Assembly (NCBI GenBank): GCA_937930025.1
Contig: CALGJW010000242.1
Span: forward strand, 842 to 64,841
Length of the DNA stretch: 64,000 nucleotides
Direction of reading: 5' to 3'
DNA from: an uncultured Saprospiraceae bacterium
GTDB lineage: Bacteria; Bacteroidota; Bacteroidia; Chitinophagales; Saprospiraceae
Shown in pieces: positions 1 through 9,129 of the stretch. The notes beneath the pieces are model-generated. The model was not told the origin of the DNA. It did no database searches and was given only the letters and a program-made list of their open reading frames with translations. The translations under genes and the position numbers were made by a program. Numbering within the stretch: position 1 is the stretch's first letter; every line of letters starts with the position of its first letter.

Positions 1-3000
1 AATAAATATTTCAGCGGTGCTAAGTGCGGGATCTGGGCGATGCAAGAGTACTCCTAGTTCGGTACTAAATGGATTGGGCATAATCTCAACGGGGATTTCG
101 CCATAAGTTATTCCCCTAGGTGTCAGCGGAAGTTTTGCTGCTTCTGGCCAAATTTCGAGGAAGCAAATATCTCCTCCCGTTCCGCTTTCAGCACCTTGCA
201 ATATTTCGATGTAGCCTTTGGTGACGGTAAGCGTTGGAGAATTCACATAGGTAAAGACATTTACATTTTCTTCATCAGGAATATGCGTGTCGTTGAATCC
301 TACTTTGTAAAAGTTCGGACCAACCAAATTAGCCCCATCAATCAAGGTAGAATAAAATCCGGAAGAGCCGTCTCTTACTTTTACCGTATGTACTTTTTTA
401 TTGTTGTCTGGATCTCCACCGACCATCACAAAGCGATAGTCGCCATTTGGAATGTCCACTCGGAAGGTTATGGTTCCTCCTTTGGTACCGATAAATTGAT
501 TGTATAATTCTTCATCGACTACATTGCGATCATTTGGGGTGTCATCTATTGCAGCAATGTCGGTGTATCCATATCCTTTCTGAGTGGTATACATCATTTC
601 CATGCTGTCCTGAACAATCTTAGTATAAGTAACTTCAGGAGCGTTCGCACTTTTTGTGGTGTACTCCGTTGCGCCAAAAGCGAAGGCCTTTGTAATTTGG
701 GTTAGGCCAGATTCCTGGCATTTTTGCAATTTAGCATCTGCCCAATTCCCATGGTCACACTCGCTAATGCCATCTGCGTTTTGAACGATGAGCTTTAATT
801 CATTTACTCCGATAATATTTAGGGAAATATATTGAGCAAGTTGACCATACTCCATTAGTTCACTTTCAAAAATCAATTTTCCATCTCCCCAAACTTCAAA
901 AATAACCGATCCTTTCGCACAAGATCCATCATCCACTCCGATGAAGGCTGAAAAATAATCATAAGCACAATTAATTTTGTAACTGACTTCCGAATAAGCA
1001 TGTGTTCCTAATCCGCGACTGTATGGCACTCCAGCGATAGACATGATACTGCCATCTTTTTCCCCATCCTCTCCATTCGCTAAATCTAGTTCAATTGGTC
1101 CCCAACCATTTTCTGGCTCTATAGTCCAATCTAAATCAGAAAGGTATTTTACTGTACAAGGCCCAATAGTACTTTCATCTATCTCATTAATCCATCGTGT
1201 CAAAACTTCTATATACTCCTCGTCAATTACATTCTTTGAGAGAGGCGGCATTTTATCAGTCGCAATAGAATTGTCTCGAATCCAAACTTGAGATTCTTCC
1301 GGCATCAAAGGAACAATCATTTTTGCACCGAAAGGTGTGTTGTGACTGACGCCGAAATTTTGCACTAAGCTCTTATGTTCTAAAGGTGTGGAAAGTCTTG
1401 CGTCAAAAACGCCATTGACTCCATTGGGTTGATGACAATGTGCACAGTTAGCATCTAGGTAGGAAAAAACTCGGTCCGCATCTGAAGCTGACTGATCATC
1501 TAGTGCAACAGCCTTAGGTAAGTCCTCCAAACTAATGTCCGAGATGGAGTTGCTAAAGATTCCCAAATTATCCCAGGTACTCAATTGATTGGCTATTGCA
1601 TTGTCGTATTCAAAGTCGCCATTGAGCTGTGCTGTTTTTACGCCAAGCACAAAACCTGCATTTGGCGTATGACAACTATTGCATTGAAGCGTGTTTGGAT
1701 AATTCCATTCTTGATTCTTCGTGCTACCATCGGCCATTTGAACAGCGTAACTTTCTGTTAATTCTCCATCCAGTAAAAAAGCATCGGTGCCTGCATCATT
1801 CCATTTGTAAGTAATTCCGTAGGCATTGGATTCTTTGTCGATGATAAAAAATCGCGTTTCTAAACGCTTTGTTACTGATGGATTATTTTCGTCAACTGGT
1901 AATTCGAAATGTTTGATGAAAACAGTTCCGGGAGGGAATTTCCAATGGTCCTGTTCTGAAAAAACTACTTGTTCATCCGGTGTATCAAAGGCCCCATCAT
2001 TAGGAATGCTTACCCATCTTTTTTTGGAGGCCCCATCTGACCAAAGTGGCGAATTCGTTTTGTAAGGAATGACTCCATTCCGAATAACTAAGTCATCAAT
2101 GTCATTAAATGCTCCCGTCTCGGATAAACTAACTGGAATATATTCTGGTGGTGCTTGGTTCAGTTTTAATTTATAAATGGATCCGCCGTCTAAATTTTTA
2201 CCATAAAGATTCAAGGCAAAAATTTCTCCTGCTTGATTTGTTGCAAAGGAGGAAATACCAGACTTCCCTCCTACTCCATCTTTTACTAAGTTCGTAAGAA
2301 TTTGTTCTTCGTCGGTAATAGGATTGATGGACCAAATATTACCGTTGCTAAATTCTGCATAGATGTAAAACCCGTCAAGAATGTTGGACCACATATCACC
2401 GCGATAAACAAAACCTCCGATCACAGCTACCCCTTTCGTTCGTACGTAATCGAATTTGGGCGGCGTTTCGATTCCAATTAGTTCGTCTGGCCTATTTCTA
2501 TTTCCTGCGACATTTCCTTCTTTAAAGGGCCATTGCGCATTTCCTCCTATAGGCAATATGGTTACTTCTTCGCGAGCCCCGTTACCGACATCTCCAATCC
2601 AAATTTCTTCCTTGACAGCGTCATAAGTTGCACGATGTGGCGACCTTAATCCTAGCCCGACAAACTCTTCCAATACTCCTCCATCGGGATCTTGCCAAGG
2701 ATTAGCATTCGGTATAAAATAACCTTGGGTAAATGTCTCCGGCAAATCGGCGGGCTTTCCTGGAAATTCAATTGGTTGTCTTCGGATAGGATGCGATCGA
2801 TTCGGATCTTGATCTACATCTATTCGAAATAGTCCACCCCAAAGGTCTTTATCAATCACCTGCATGTAAGGCGTAAAATCTAGCGAACTGCTTGAGCCCC
2901 CATCTCCTACCGTGAAATTTAAGAATCCTTCATTGTCAAAAAACATCCCTCCCCCTTGGTGATAACCTTGAGGGTCATAATCTTGTATGAGAATAAATTC

Positions 3001-3516
3001 TGAGTTAGGATCTATTGATTTGCTGTCAGCCTCATAAGTAAATCTAGAAAGTCGATTCATCCTTGGTTGATTCCCGTTTTCGATACTAGGATGGTAAGCA
3101 TACATGACGTAGAGGAATCCTTTACTTGGAGAATTATCGTTTCCAAATTCTGGATGAAAAATCATATTTACCAATCCGGAATCTTCGCCGGTCATTACAA
3201 TATCTGTAATATCCAACACCGTAATTTTTTCAGCGCTATTAGGATCATTACTGATCCACCAAATCAATCCCGTTTTTCCAGCGATCAGGTACCCACTTTG
3301 GTCAGGAAGTTCCTCCATGGCCATTGGGTCAATAAAAGTGACATTGGGAAAAGCCGGAATTATTTCCCAATCACCTGCATTGGGGCTCAAATCAGGGAAA
3401 GCCCCATCGAGATATGGACCGATAGAATTAACAGAAGTAATCCCAAATGGACTATTAAATGGTCCGAATGACAGAAACATTCCACTTAATACCAACAATG
3501 TCATCAATCTCTTCAT
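1..3516 (-). CDS. Secreted multidomain protein: PQQ-dependent sugar dehydrogenase-like beta-propeller + dihaem c-type cytochrome region + NPCBM/NEW2 carbohydrate-binding domain; the C-terminus runs off the left window edge
   Basis: Absent from the ORF track because there is no stop inside the window. Hand translation from ATG 3516-3514 gives MKRLMTLLVLSGMFLSF (signal peptide) and stays open in frame to position 1 (1172 codons). Motifs: DPQGYHQGGGMFFDNEGFLNFTVGDGGSSS and GLRSPHRATYDAVKEEIWIGDVGN (soluble glucose/sorbosone dehydrogenase type). Two in-frame CxxCH motifs: CNSCH at 1683-1669 and CAHCH at 1446-1432. NPCBM-like stretch SRGLGTHAYSEVSYKINCAY...GVDDGS...VWGDGKL...DHGNWADAKL at about 1020-735. 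Confidence 0.8.
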   Translation of the reverse strand, partial: MKRLMTLLVLSGMFLSFGPFNSPFGITSVNSIGPYLDGAFPDLSPNAGDWEIIPAFPNVTFIDPMAMEELPDQSGYLIAGKTGLIWWISNDPNSAEKITVLDITDIVMTGEDSGLVNMIFHPEFGNDNSPSKGFLYVMYAYHPSIENGNQPRMNRLSRFTYEADSKSIDPNSEFILIQDYDPQGYHQGGGMFFDNEGFLNFTVGDGGSSSSLDFTPYMQVIDKDLWGGLFRIDVDQDPNRSHPIRRQPIEFPGKPADLPETFTQGYFIPNANPWQDPDGGVLEEFVGLGLRSPHRATYDAVKEEIWIGDVGNGAREEVTILPIGGNAQWPFKEGNVAGNRNRPDELIGIETPPKFDYVRTKGVAVIGGFVYRGDMWSNILDGFYIYAEFSNGNIWSINPITDEEQILTNLVKDGVGGKSGISSFATNQAGEIFALNLYGKNLDGGSIYKLKLNQAPPEYIPVSLSETGAFNDIDDLVIRNGVIPYKTNSPLWSDGASKKRWVSIPNDGAFDTPDEQVVFSEQDHWKFPPGTVFIKHFELPVDENNPSVTKRLETRFFIIDKESNAYGITYKWNDAGTDAFLLDGELTESYAVQMADGSTKNQEWNYPNTLQCNSCHTPNAGFVLGVKTAQLNGDFEYDNAIANQLSTWDNLGIFSNSISDISLEDLPKAVALDDQSASDADRVFSYLDANCAHCHQPNGVNGVFDARLSTPLEHKSLVQNFGVSHNTPFGAKMIVPLMPEESQVWIRDNSIATDKMPPLSKNVIDEEYIEVLTRWINEIDESTIGPCTVKYLSDLDWTIEPENGWGPIELDLANGEDGEKDGSIMSIAGVPYSRGLGTHAYSEVSYKINCAYDYFSAFIGVDDGSCAKGSVIFEVWGDGKLIFESELMEYGQLAQYISLNIIGVNELKLIVQNADGISECDHGNWADAKLQKCQESGLTQITKAFAFGATEYTTKSANAPEVTYTKIVQDSMEMMYTTQKGYGYTDIAAIDDTPNDRNVVDEELYNQFIGTKGGTITFRVDIPNGDYRFVMVGGDPDNNKKVHTVKVRDGSSGFYSTLIDGANLVGPNFYKVGFNDTHIPDEENVNVFTYVNSPTLTVTKGYIEILQGAESGTGGDICFLEIWPEAAKLPLTPRGITYGEIPVEIMPNPFSTELGVLLHRPDPALSTAEIFI

Positions 3517-3630
3517 ATCAAAATGCTAGAACAACTCCCCAAAGATAAGGGAAAAAGCAGGATGCTCCTCTTAGATTATTAGAAACTAAACGACTATTAA
3601 ACCCCTATGGTCTACCTTTGTTAATAGTAT

Positions 3631-4302
3631 ATGTCGCAAATCACCACTGTTTGTTTCTTTAAGCTCGAAGGTTTTGTTCAAAAATGCTGGGCATTTTCCC
3701 AAATGGGACTGGCTGGCCCAAAGCTTAAGAATACCTCAGGCCTACTTTTCCACAAAATCATGGGCTCCGGAAATGGCAACGGTTTTTCTGTGCGGCCTGA
3801 TTTTTCCACCTATGCTTTGCTTTGTATTTGGGAAAATCGAGAAAAGGCAGATCACTTTTTTCAGCATCATCAATTCATTCAAGACTATCAAAAAAAGGCG
3901 AAATCGATTCGTCTATTTTATTTGAAGGCTTTCAAAGCACATGGATTATGGGATGCGGTTCAACCTTTTGAAATGAACGGCACTTTTGTAGAAGGTGAAA
4001 AAATAGCGGTTTTAACCAGAGCCAGAATTCGCACAAGGCTTTTATTTCAGTTTTGGAAGTCTGTACCAGATGTGAGTAGTTCTTTTGACAAAGCTCCAGG
4101 TGTATTATTTTCAAAAGGTATTGGCGAACGCCCTTTCATTTTTCAAGCCACCCTGAGTGTTTGGGAAAATAGGGAAAAGATGTTTGACTTTGCTTATCGA
4201 AGTCCGAAGCATATCGAGGTGATTAAAAAGACTCGGGAGTTGAATTGGTATTCGGAGGAGTTGTTTGCAGAGTTTGAGGTGGTGGAGAGTTTTGAGCTTT
4301 GA
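3631..4302 (+). CDS. Spheroidene monooxygenase (CrtA)-like family protein
   Basis: 223 aa. N-terminal pattern FFKLEGFVQKCWAFSQMGLAGPKL...GSGNGNGFSVRPDFSTYALLCIWE resembles my recollection of CrtA-family proteins, and a second similar half (SVWENREKMFDFAY) suggests an internal duplication. Family assignment is from memory only. Confidence 0.5.
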   Translation: MSQITTVCFFKLEGFVQKCWAFSQMGLAGPKLKNTSGLLFHKIMGSGNGNGFSVRPDFSTYALLCIWENREKADHFFQHHQFIQDYQKKAKSIRLFYLKAFKAHGLWDAVQPFEMNGTFVEGEKIAVLTRARIRTRLLFQFWKSVPDVSSSFDKAPGVLFSKGIGERPFIFQATLSVWENREKMFDFAYRSPKHIEVIKKTRELNWYSEELFAEFEVVESFEL

Positions 4303-4461
4303 GCTTTGACCAAGCGGCACTGTTTAGAATTTGACGATTCTTCTGGCCGCTGAAAGTTCATCCAATGTAATTTCAGAAATAGCATTTATCAATTGAGTGT
4401 TAAAAAAAGGAATATTCAAAAGTAATTAGCCCCTGAATATTCTTTTTTTCACTTTAACTAT

Positions 4462-4959
4462 CTAAGATCTTACCTTGACATCGAAGCTACCTTCAACGAA
4501 GGTTGTATCTGGCGAAGGGGTATTCTCACCAATAAAAGACAACTTAAAAGCACCTGCAACTTGACGCTTATTATTACTTACTTCCTTTATTTGAAATGAA
4601 TGTTCAGGGTATCCTTTCCATATTTTATATCTAAAAACAACCGCGCCACCCATTTCAGACAATGAATTAAGCCTAACGCTAGGAGGGTGACTCAAAATAG
4701 AAAATAATGCTATATCATTATTTTTCACTAAAGGTATGTTTGAAAAACCAAGAGATATCGTTAAGTCCTTATTTTCTTGACGCTCATAAATCCTAATATC
4801 GAATACTTCTGGATCATCGCTTTCAAAAGTAGTATTAACATTCGAATCCAGTAGTACACCATTTTGAATTAATTCAGATTCTCCGGCCTCAAATTTTAGT
4901 CGCTCATCTTTACAACCAAATTGTAAAAACAAAACAATTGCAATTAAAAAATATTTCAT
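4462..4959 (-). CDS. Hypothetical lipoprotein
   Basis: The internal ATG at 4959 gives MKYFLIAIVLFLQFGCKDE (signal peptide plus lipobox Cys). It lies 1 nt after the stop of the upstream ORF. The longer track ORF (to 5016) has a non-signal-like N-terminus. Confidence 0.6.
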   Translation of the reverse strand: MKYFLIAIVLFLQFGCKDERLKFEAGESELIQNGVLLDSNVNTTFESDDPEVFDIRIYERQENKDLTISLGFSNIPLVKNNDIALFSILSHPPSVRLNSLSEMGGAVVFRYKIWKGYPEHSFQIKEVSNNKRQVAGAFKLSFIGENTPSPDTTFVEGSFDVKVRS

Positions 4960-4960
4960 A

Positions 4961-5338
4961 CTATATCTTTGTAAATGGCATTGAAAATATAGCTTCCAAA
5001 TTATCCTTACTGCCAATAATGTAATAATGTCCAGAAGAAAGGAAAGAAATATCTATCTCTTTTTGTAATAACGATTTACTCTGATAAGTGTTTTCGAAAT
5101 TATATAAATACTGACCTAATTCATCAACGATGTATAGTTTTAGTTTTATTTCATTACTTGTTGGATTCGTATCACGTATTAGGCCACTAATATTAATTTT
5201 ATTATAAGCGGGATTGGGGCTAATTGTAAAATCCGATTTCGAATTGGTTTCCACTATTCTATAACTTTGATCATCACCATTTATATTTGGATACAAAAAA
5301 GGAGGTAAAAGATTCCGATGATCAATATCCTCTTTCAA
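4961..5338 (-). CDS. T9SS type-A C-terminal sorting domain-only ORF (possible gene remnant)
   Basis: 125 aa. The C-terminal part (FTISPNPAYNKINISG...LKLYIVDELGQYLYNF...LSSGHYYI) has the Por_Secre_tail pattern. There is no signal peptide, only a TTG start, and an in-frame TGA lies 8 codons upstream of that TTG. Confidence 0.45.
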   Translation of the reverse strand: MKEDIDHRNLLPPFLYPNINGDDQSYRIVETNSKSDFTISPNPAYNKINISGLIRDTNPTSNEIKLKLYIVDELGQYLYNFENTYQSKSLLQKEIDISFLSSGHYYIIGSKDNLEAIFSMPFTKI

Positions 5339-5463
5339 TTGGCTGTTAAAATCTTCAGTTCTTCATAGCGCTTGATTCAACAGTGAGTCCCAATTGTAAT
5401 TATTAAACTCTGCATAAATCGCAACGCCAAGTACAGTCCTAATGTTGACTCAAACTCTTTAGT

Positions 5464-6843
5464 CTAAAATACCACGACGCGCCTAACCGCAGAAAACGCC
5501 CCAACGCTAATTTCAACAAAGTAAACTCCACTAGATAGTCCGCCATGTTTTTCCAAAATTACTTTTTCTTGATTAGTAGTTGCGCTTTGTGAAAATAGAA
5601 TTTGACCTAAACGATCAAACCATTTAATAGAAATATTTTCGTTGGAAAAGGTTGTTGGAATCTCCAAAGTCAACCGATGGTCTTGCTGAACAGGATTCGG
5701 ATAAATAATTAATTCTTCCAATTTTTTAGAATTATCTAATCCGGTAACAGCGCCAACTTGAACCATGGTTGTATCTGTTAGCCTTAGACAACCCGTATCG
5801 TTATTTACAATGGTAGCAAAAACGGGATGCACACCAGGTCCAAATTCAGTTGCTTCAAAAACAAAAATGCTGCTATCCACTCCAGTGTTCCAAAACACCG
5901 TGAAATTATCAAAGTCGACTTCAAAAGTAAGTTGTGCTCCAAGTTCTATGATGGTATCCTCAGGTAATAAATTTGGTTTGAAAGGCATCTCTTCAACACT
6001 TAAAAGCACAATGCTATCACAACCATTGGAACTGATAAAACTATCGACTAAGCTGATCGGAGAACAATATTCGATGCCTTCCCAAAACGCACACTCTCCT
6101 TCGCAATATGCTAGTCGAATTGGGTCGGGAGATCCATCATAAAAGTTCGCTTCGAAATAGACAATAGAATCGCAGCCATTCCAAGTAGGCACAATCGTAG
6201 TGCTAGAAAAGTCATTACAAAAGGTTCCTCCGTCAAAAACGATACATTCTTCTGGACAACTATAGAAGATAAATGAGTCCATCGGTGTTGGGCCAAAAAC
6301 TTCAATAAAAACATCTACCTCTCCACAATAGCCAGAAGGAATAGAAAACATGGTGTCATTTTTTGGACAGACAATAATTCCTAAGAGTTCAAAGCAGTCC
6401 CCAGGATTACAAGTACTGGCATAGATACTTCCAGAATAGTCATATTCAACAAAAACTGAAAATAATATTCCTTCAAGGCATCCATTCCATTCAAAGCTAT
6501 ACCCGCCGGTAAATAATGGTGTAAAAAAGGAATCTATTTCAGAAATATAAATGCTGTCGCCTTCACAAATTGTAGTTTGATAATTGAGCTGATCAATGAT
6601 ATTGAGTGTGGTAATAATGAGACTATCGCAGCCATCGCTTCCGACCAATGTTTGAACATAAGTTCCAGCTTCACATGGAAGTCCATTTGGCAAGGGGCAT
6701 TCCTCTTCGCACACTTCTAAGTTGATGTAAGTAGTATCAGTGGATACAACAAAAGAATTAGTAGCCAAGGAATTATTGACCGCTAGAAAAGTAAGCAAGA
6801 GAATTGCTATTCCGTTTGAAATTGTTTTAGCTAACATAAGCAC
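5464..6843 (-). CDS. Cys-rich secreted protein with T9SS type-A C-terminal sorting domain
   Basis: N-terminal signal peptide (AILLLTFLAVNNSLA). Repeated Cys-containing modules with a recurring GCDS(L/I)(I/V) motif (SDGCDSLII, WNGCDSIVY, SNGCDSIVL). C-terminus IIYPNPVQQDHRLTLEI...IKWFDRLGQILFS...LSSGVYFVEI is typical of the T9SS CTD. Confidence 0.75.
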   Translation of the reverse strand: MLMLAKTISNGIAILLLTFLAVNNSLATNSFVVSTDTTYINLEVCEEECPLPNGLPCEAGTYVQTLVGSDGCDSLIITTLNIIDQLNYQTTICEGDSIYISEIDSFFTPLFTGGYSFEWNGCLEGILFSVFVEYDYSGSIYASTCNPGDCFELLGIIVCPKNDTMFSIPSGYCGEVDVFIEVFGPTPMDSFIFYSCPEECIVFDGGTFCNDFSSTTIVPTWNGCDSIVYFEANFYDGSPDPIRLAYCEGECAFWEGIEYCSPISLVDSFISSNGCDSIVLLSVEEMPFKPNLLPEDTIIELGAQLTFEVDFDNFTVFWNTGVDSSIFVFEATEFGPGVHPVFATIVNNDTGCLRLTDTTMVQVGAVTGLDNSKKLEELIIYPNPVQQDHRLTLEIPTTFSNENISIKWFDRLGQILFSQSATTNQEKVILEKHGGLSSGVYFVEISVGAFSAVRRVVVF

Positions 6844-7146
6844 CTAAGTTTAGGCGAACCCTATCTATGCTAAATTTAAACAAACAATATTGGAATTACA
6901 AGTCATCGTTTTTTCTATTCGAGTAATTGTGATCTTTTAGACAGGGATGCTTCCATGAAAAACTAAATCTAGCTTACTTCTTAAGGCGAATAATTCTATT
7001 TATAGCATACTAGAGGATAAATAATTATTGTTTGCCGGTAACGATTTGTTATTCTACATACAACTAATGAATTGTACAGAAGATCGACTTTAAATTCTTA
7101 AGTCGAATTCAAAATCATTTTTCTTACATAACAAACCCCTTAAATT

Positions 7147-9057
7147 ATGGATTACAGAAGAGAACAGTCATTCAATAAAAGAATGGAAGCTGCTCGAATG
7201 GCTAAAGATCGTCCCCATAAGAATCATTTGAGTAATGGTGACGAACTTAAATTTAGACATACAACACATACTGAGGATTGCCATGATGGTTCTTTAAAGG
7301 ACAAGCCATCTTACTTTGTTAGTTTCACCAAAGGTCTTCCACATAACAAAGATACCGGCTTGGTCGAAAACCCGGATCACTATCAATTTTTGATTCGTGG
7401 AATTGATAGCGGAGATTTTAGAGATTTCAGAGACACTCCCTTAGGCACAAAAGATAATGTGTACAACAAATATGAATGTAAAATTCCTGTATGGGAGTCT
7501 GATAAAGCGAAGACAAGCGGCGACAATAAAGGGTCAGTCAAAGTACGTGCATGGGAAAGCCAAAGTGCAGGATTATCTTATGATTTAGAGGGACCAGATG
7601 CGCAAGCAGTAACCATGCCCCCCGCTCCTCGCTTAGGTTCAGAAGAACTTTGTGCAGAGATGGGAGAGGTTTACGGACAAGCTCTTTTAAGAGATGTTCC
7701 TTTTCATGCCATGAGCGCTGGGGTAATGAAACCTGGTGGACGAACACCTTCGGTTGATAGCAAATTAAAAGATTTGCAAACCAATAAAACGGATGTCAAA
7801 AAAGTTGAAAAAATAACTGATAAACTAAGACAGTTGGATTGGTTTAACGGCAAGAAACTAAAACTTAATCCAGCTGAAGAAGCTCGGAGAAGATGCTTTC
7901 CCTATACGCCTTCTAGTGCTTTTAGAGGAATCACATTTGGAGATGACATTGGACCTTATCTTTCGCAGTTTCTACTGGTCGGAAATGCTGGAGTAAATGG
8001 CAAAGACAACATACATTCTCCAGCAGACGGAATGATCGCTTATGGTGCTATTCGGGCAAATCAAAAAGTGAGAGTAGCTACTCCTAATAAAGACTACATG
8101 ACTCAGTGGGACGAATGGTTAGATGTTCAAAATGCTGCTGACTTAAGAGGATTAGAAAGCTATGAAAAACGTCACCCTTATAGGTTCATTTTCACACCAA
8201 GAGACCTTGCCACTTATGTACACTACGATGCCCTATACGAAGCTTACTTGAATGCTTGCTTAATCCTATTAGGAAAAGGAGTACCCTTTGATCCAGGCAT
8301 TCCATTTCAAGCAGCAGATAATCGAGACCATCAACAAGGCTTTGCACATTTCGGAGGTCCACACATTTTGTCTTTGGTAACAGAGGTAGCCACTAGAGCA
8401 TTAAAGGCCGTTCGTTTTCAAAAGTACAATGTTCATCGCCGTTGTCGTCCAGAAGTTTTGGCGGCGAGAATTTACAAGTCAAAACATTTTGAAAAAATGG
8501 CTCCTGAAATAATAGATTGCAAAAAAGATTTAGAAGGAATAAAACTTTTAGAACATGTTCGAAAGCACAACGGACAATTTGGGAATAAAACAGAACTGCT
8601 TCCAATGGCTTTTTGCGAGGGTTCTCCCATGCACCCTGCTTATGGAGCTGGACATGCTACTGTTGCCGGAGCTTGTGTTACAATCTTAAAAGCCTTTTTT
8701 GACGCTGGTCATCCACTGAACATCGTTCCAGCCAAGGAGCACGGAAGTAAAAAATTACATGATTCCAATTTCGCGTATGTTTCCGTAGATAATGGTAAAA
8801 AGTTAGAAGTCGTTCCTGTTTTAGATCAGGATTGCAAGCCAGCCAAGTTAACCGTTGAAGGAGAATTAAATAAATTGGCTTCTAATATTAGCGTCGGACG
8901 AAATTGGGCTGGAGTCCATTACTTCACAGATTACTACGAATCATTATTAATGGGAGAAGAGATCGCTATTGGAATATTACAGGAACAGAAATTAATGTTC
9001 CATGAAAACTTTCACATGTCTCTTCCAAAATTTAATGGAGAAACAATTAGAATTTAG
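7147..9057 (+). CDS. Vanadium-dependent haloperoxidase (algal bromoperoxidase-like, PAP2 superfamily)
   Basis: 636 aa with the three vanadate-site motifs: QKYNVHRRCRPE (Lys..Arg-Pro), HPAYGAGHATVAGACVTILKAFFD (xGH motif) and SVGRNWAGVHYFTDY (R-x5-H-x3-D), plus FGGPHILSLVTEVATRALKAV. No signal peptide is evident. Confidence 0.85.
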   Translation: MDYRREQSFNKRMEAARMAKDRPHKNHLSNGDELKFRHTTHTEDCHDGSLKDKPSYFVSFTKGLPHNKDTGLVENPDHYQFLIRGIDSGDFRDFRDTPLGTKDNVYNKYECKIPVWESDKAKTSGDNKGSVKVRAWESQSAGLSYDLEGPDAQAVTMPPAPRLGSEELCAEMGEVYGQALLRDVPFHAMSAGVMKPGGRTPSVDSKLKDLQTNKTDVKKVEKITDKLRQLDWFNGKKLKLNPAEEARRRCFPYTPSSAFRGITFGDDIGPYLSQFLLVGNAGVNGKDNIHSPADGMIAYGAIRANQKVRVATPNKDYMTQWDEWLDVQNAADLRGLESYEKRHPYRFIFTPRDLATYVHYDALYEAYLNACLILLGKGVPFDPGIPFQAADNRDHQQGFAHFGGPHILSLVTEVATRALKAVRFQKYNVHRRCRPEVLAARIYKSKHFEKMAPEIIDCKKDLEGIKLLEHVRKHNGQFGNKTELLPMAFCEGSPMHPAYGAGHATVAGACVTILKAFFDAGHPLNIVPAKEHGSKKLHDSNFAYVSVDNGKKLEVVPVLDQDCKPAKLTVEGELNKLASNISVGRNWAGVHYFTDYYESLLMGEEIAIGILQEQKLMFHENFHMSLPKFNGETIRI

Positions 9058-9076
9058 TTTCAATAAAGTTTAAAAA

Positions 9077-9120
9077 AATAATAGCATCGCGCTAAATAAC
9101 TTTGGCGCGATGTTATTATT
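9077..9120. terminator. Bidirectional intrinsic terminator hairpin between convergent genes
   Basis: AATAATAGCATCGCGC (9077-9092) pairs with GCGCGATGTTATTATT (9105-9120) as a 16-bp stem with one G.T pair. A/T runs lie on both sides. It sits between the stops at 9057 (+) and 9130 (-). Confidence 0.6.
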
Positions 9121-9129
9121 CCTTTTTTC

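Noticed and set aside
196-3529. Eight short + strand ORFs from the track (196..507, 1043..1291, 1629..1814, 1826..2065, 3067..3471, 3317..3529 and others)
   Set aside because: They lie antisense to one continuous 1172-codon minus-strand ORF that has clear domain motifs. Their own sequences are low-complexity, with no recognisable motifs.
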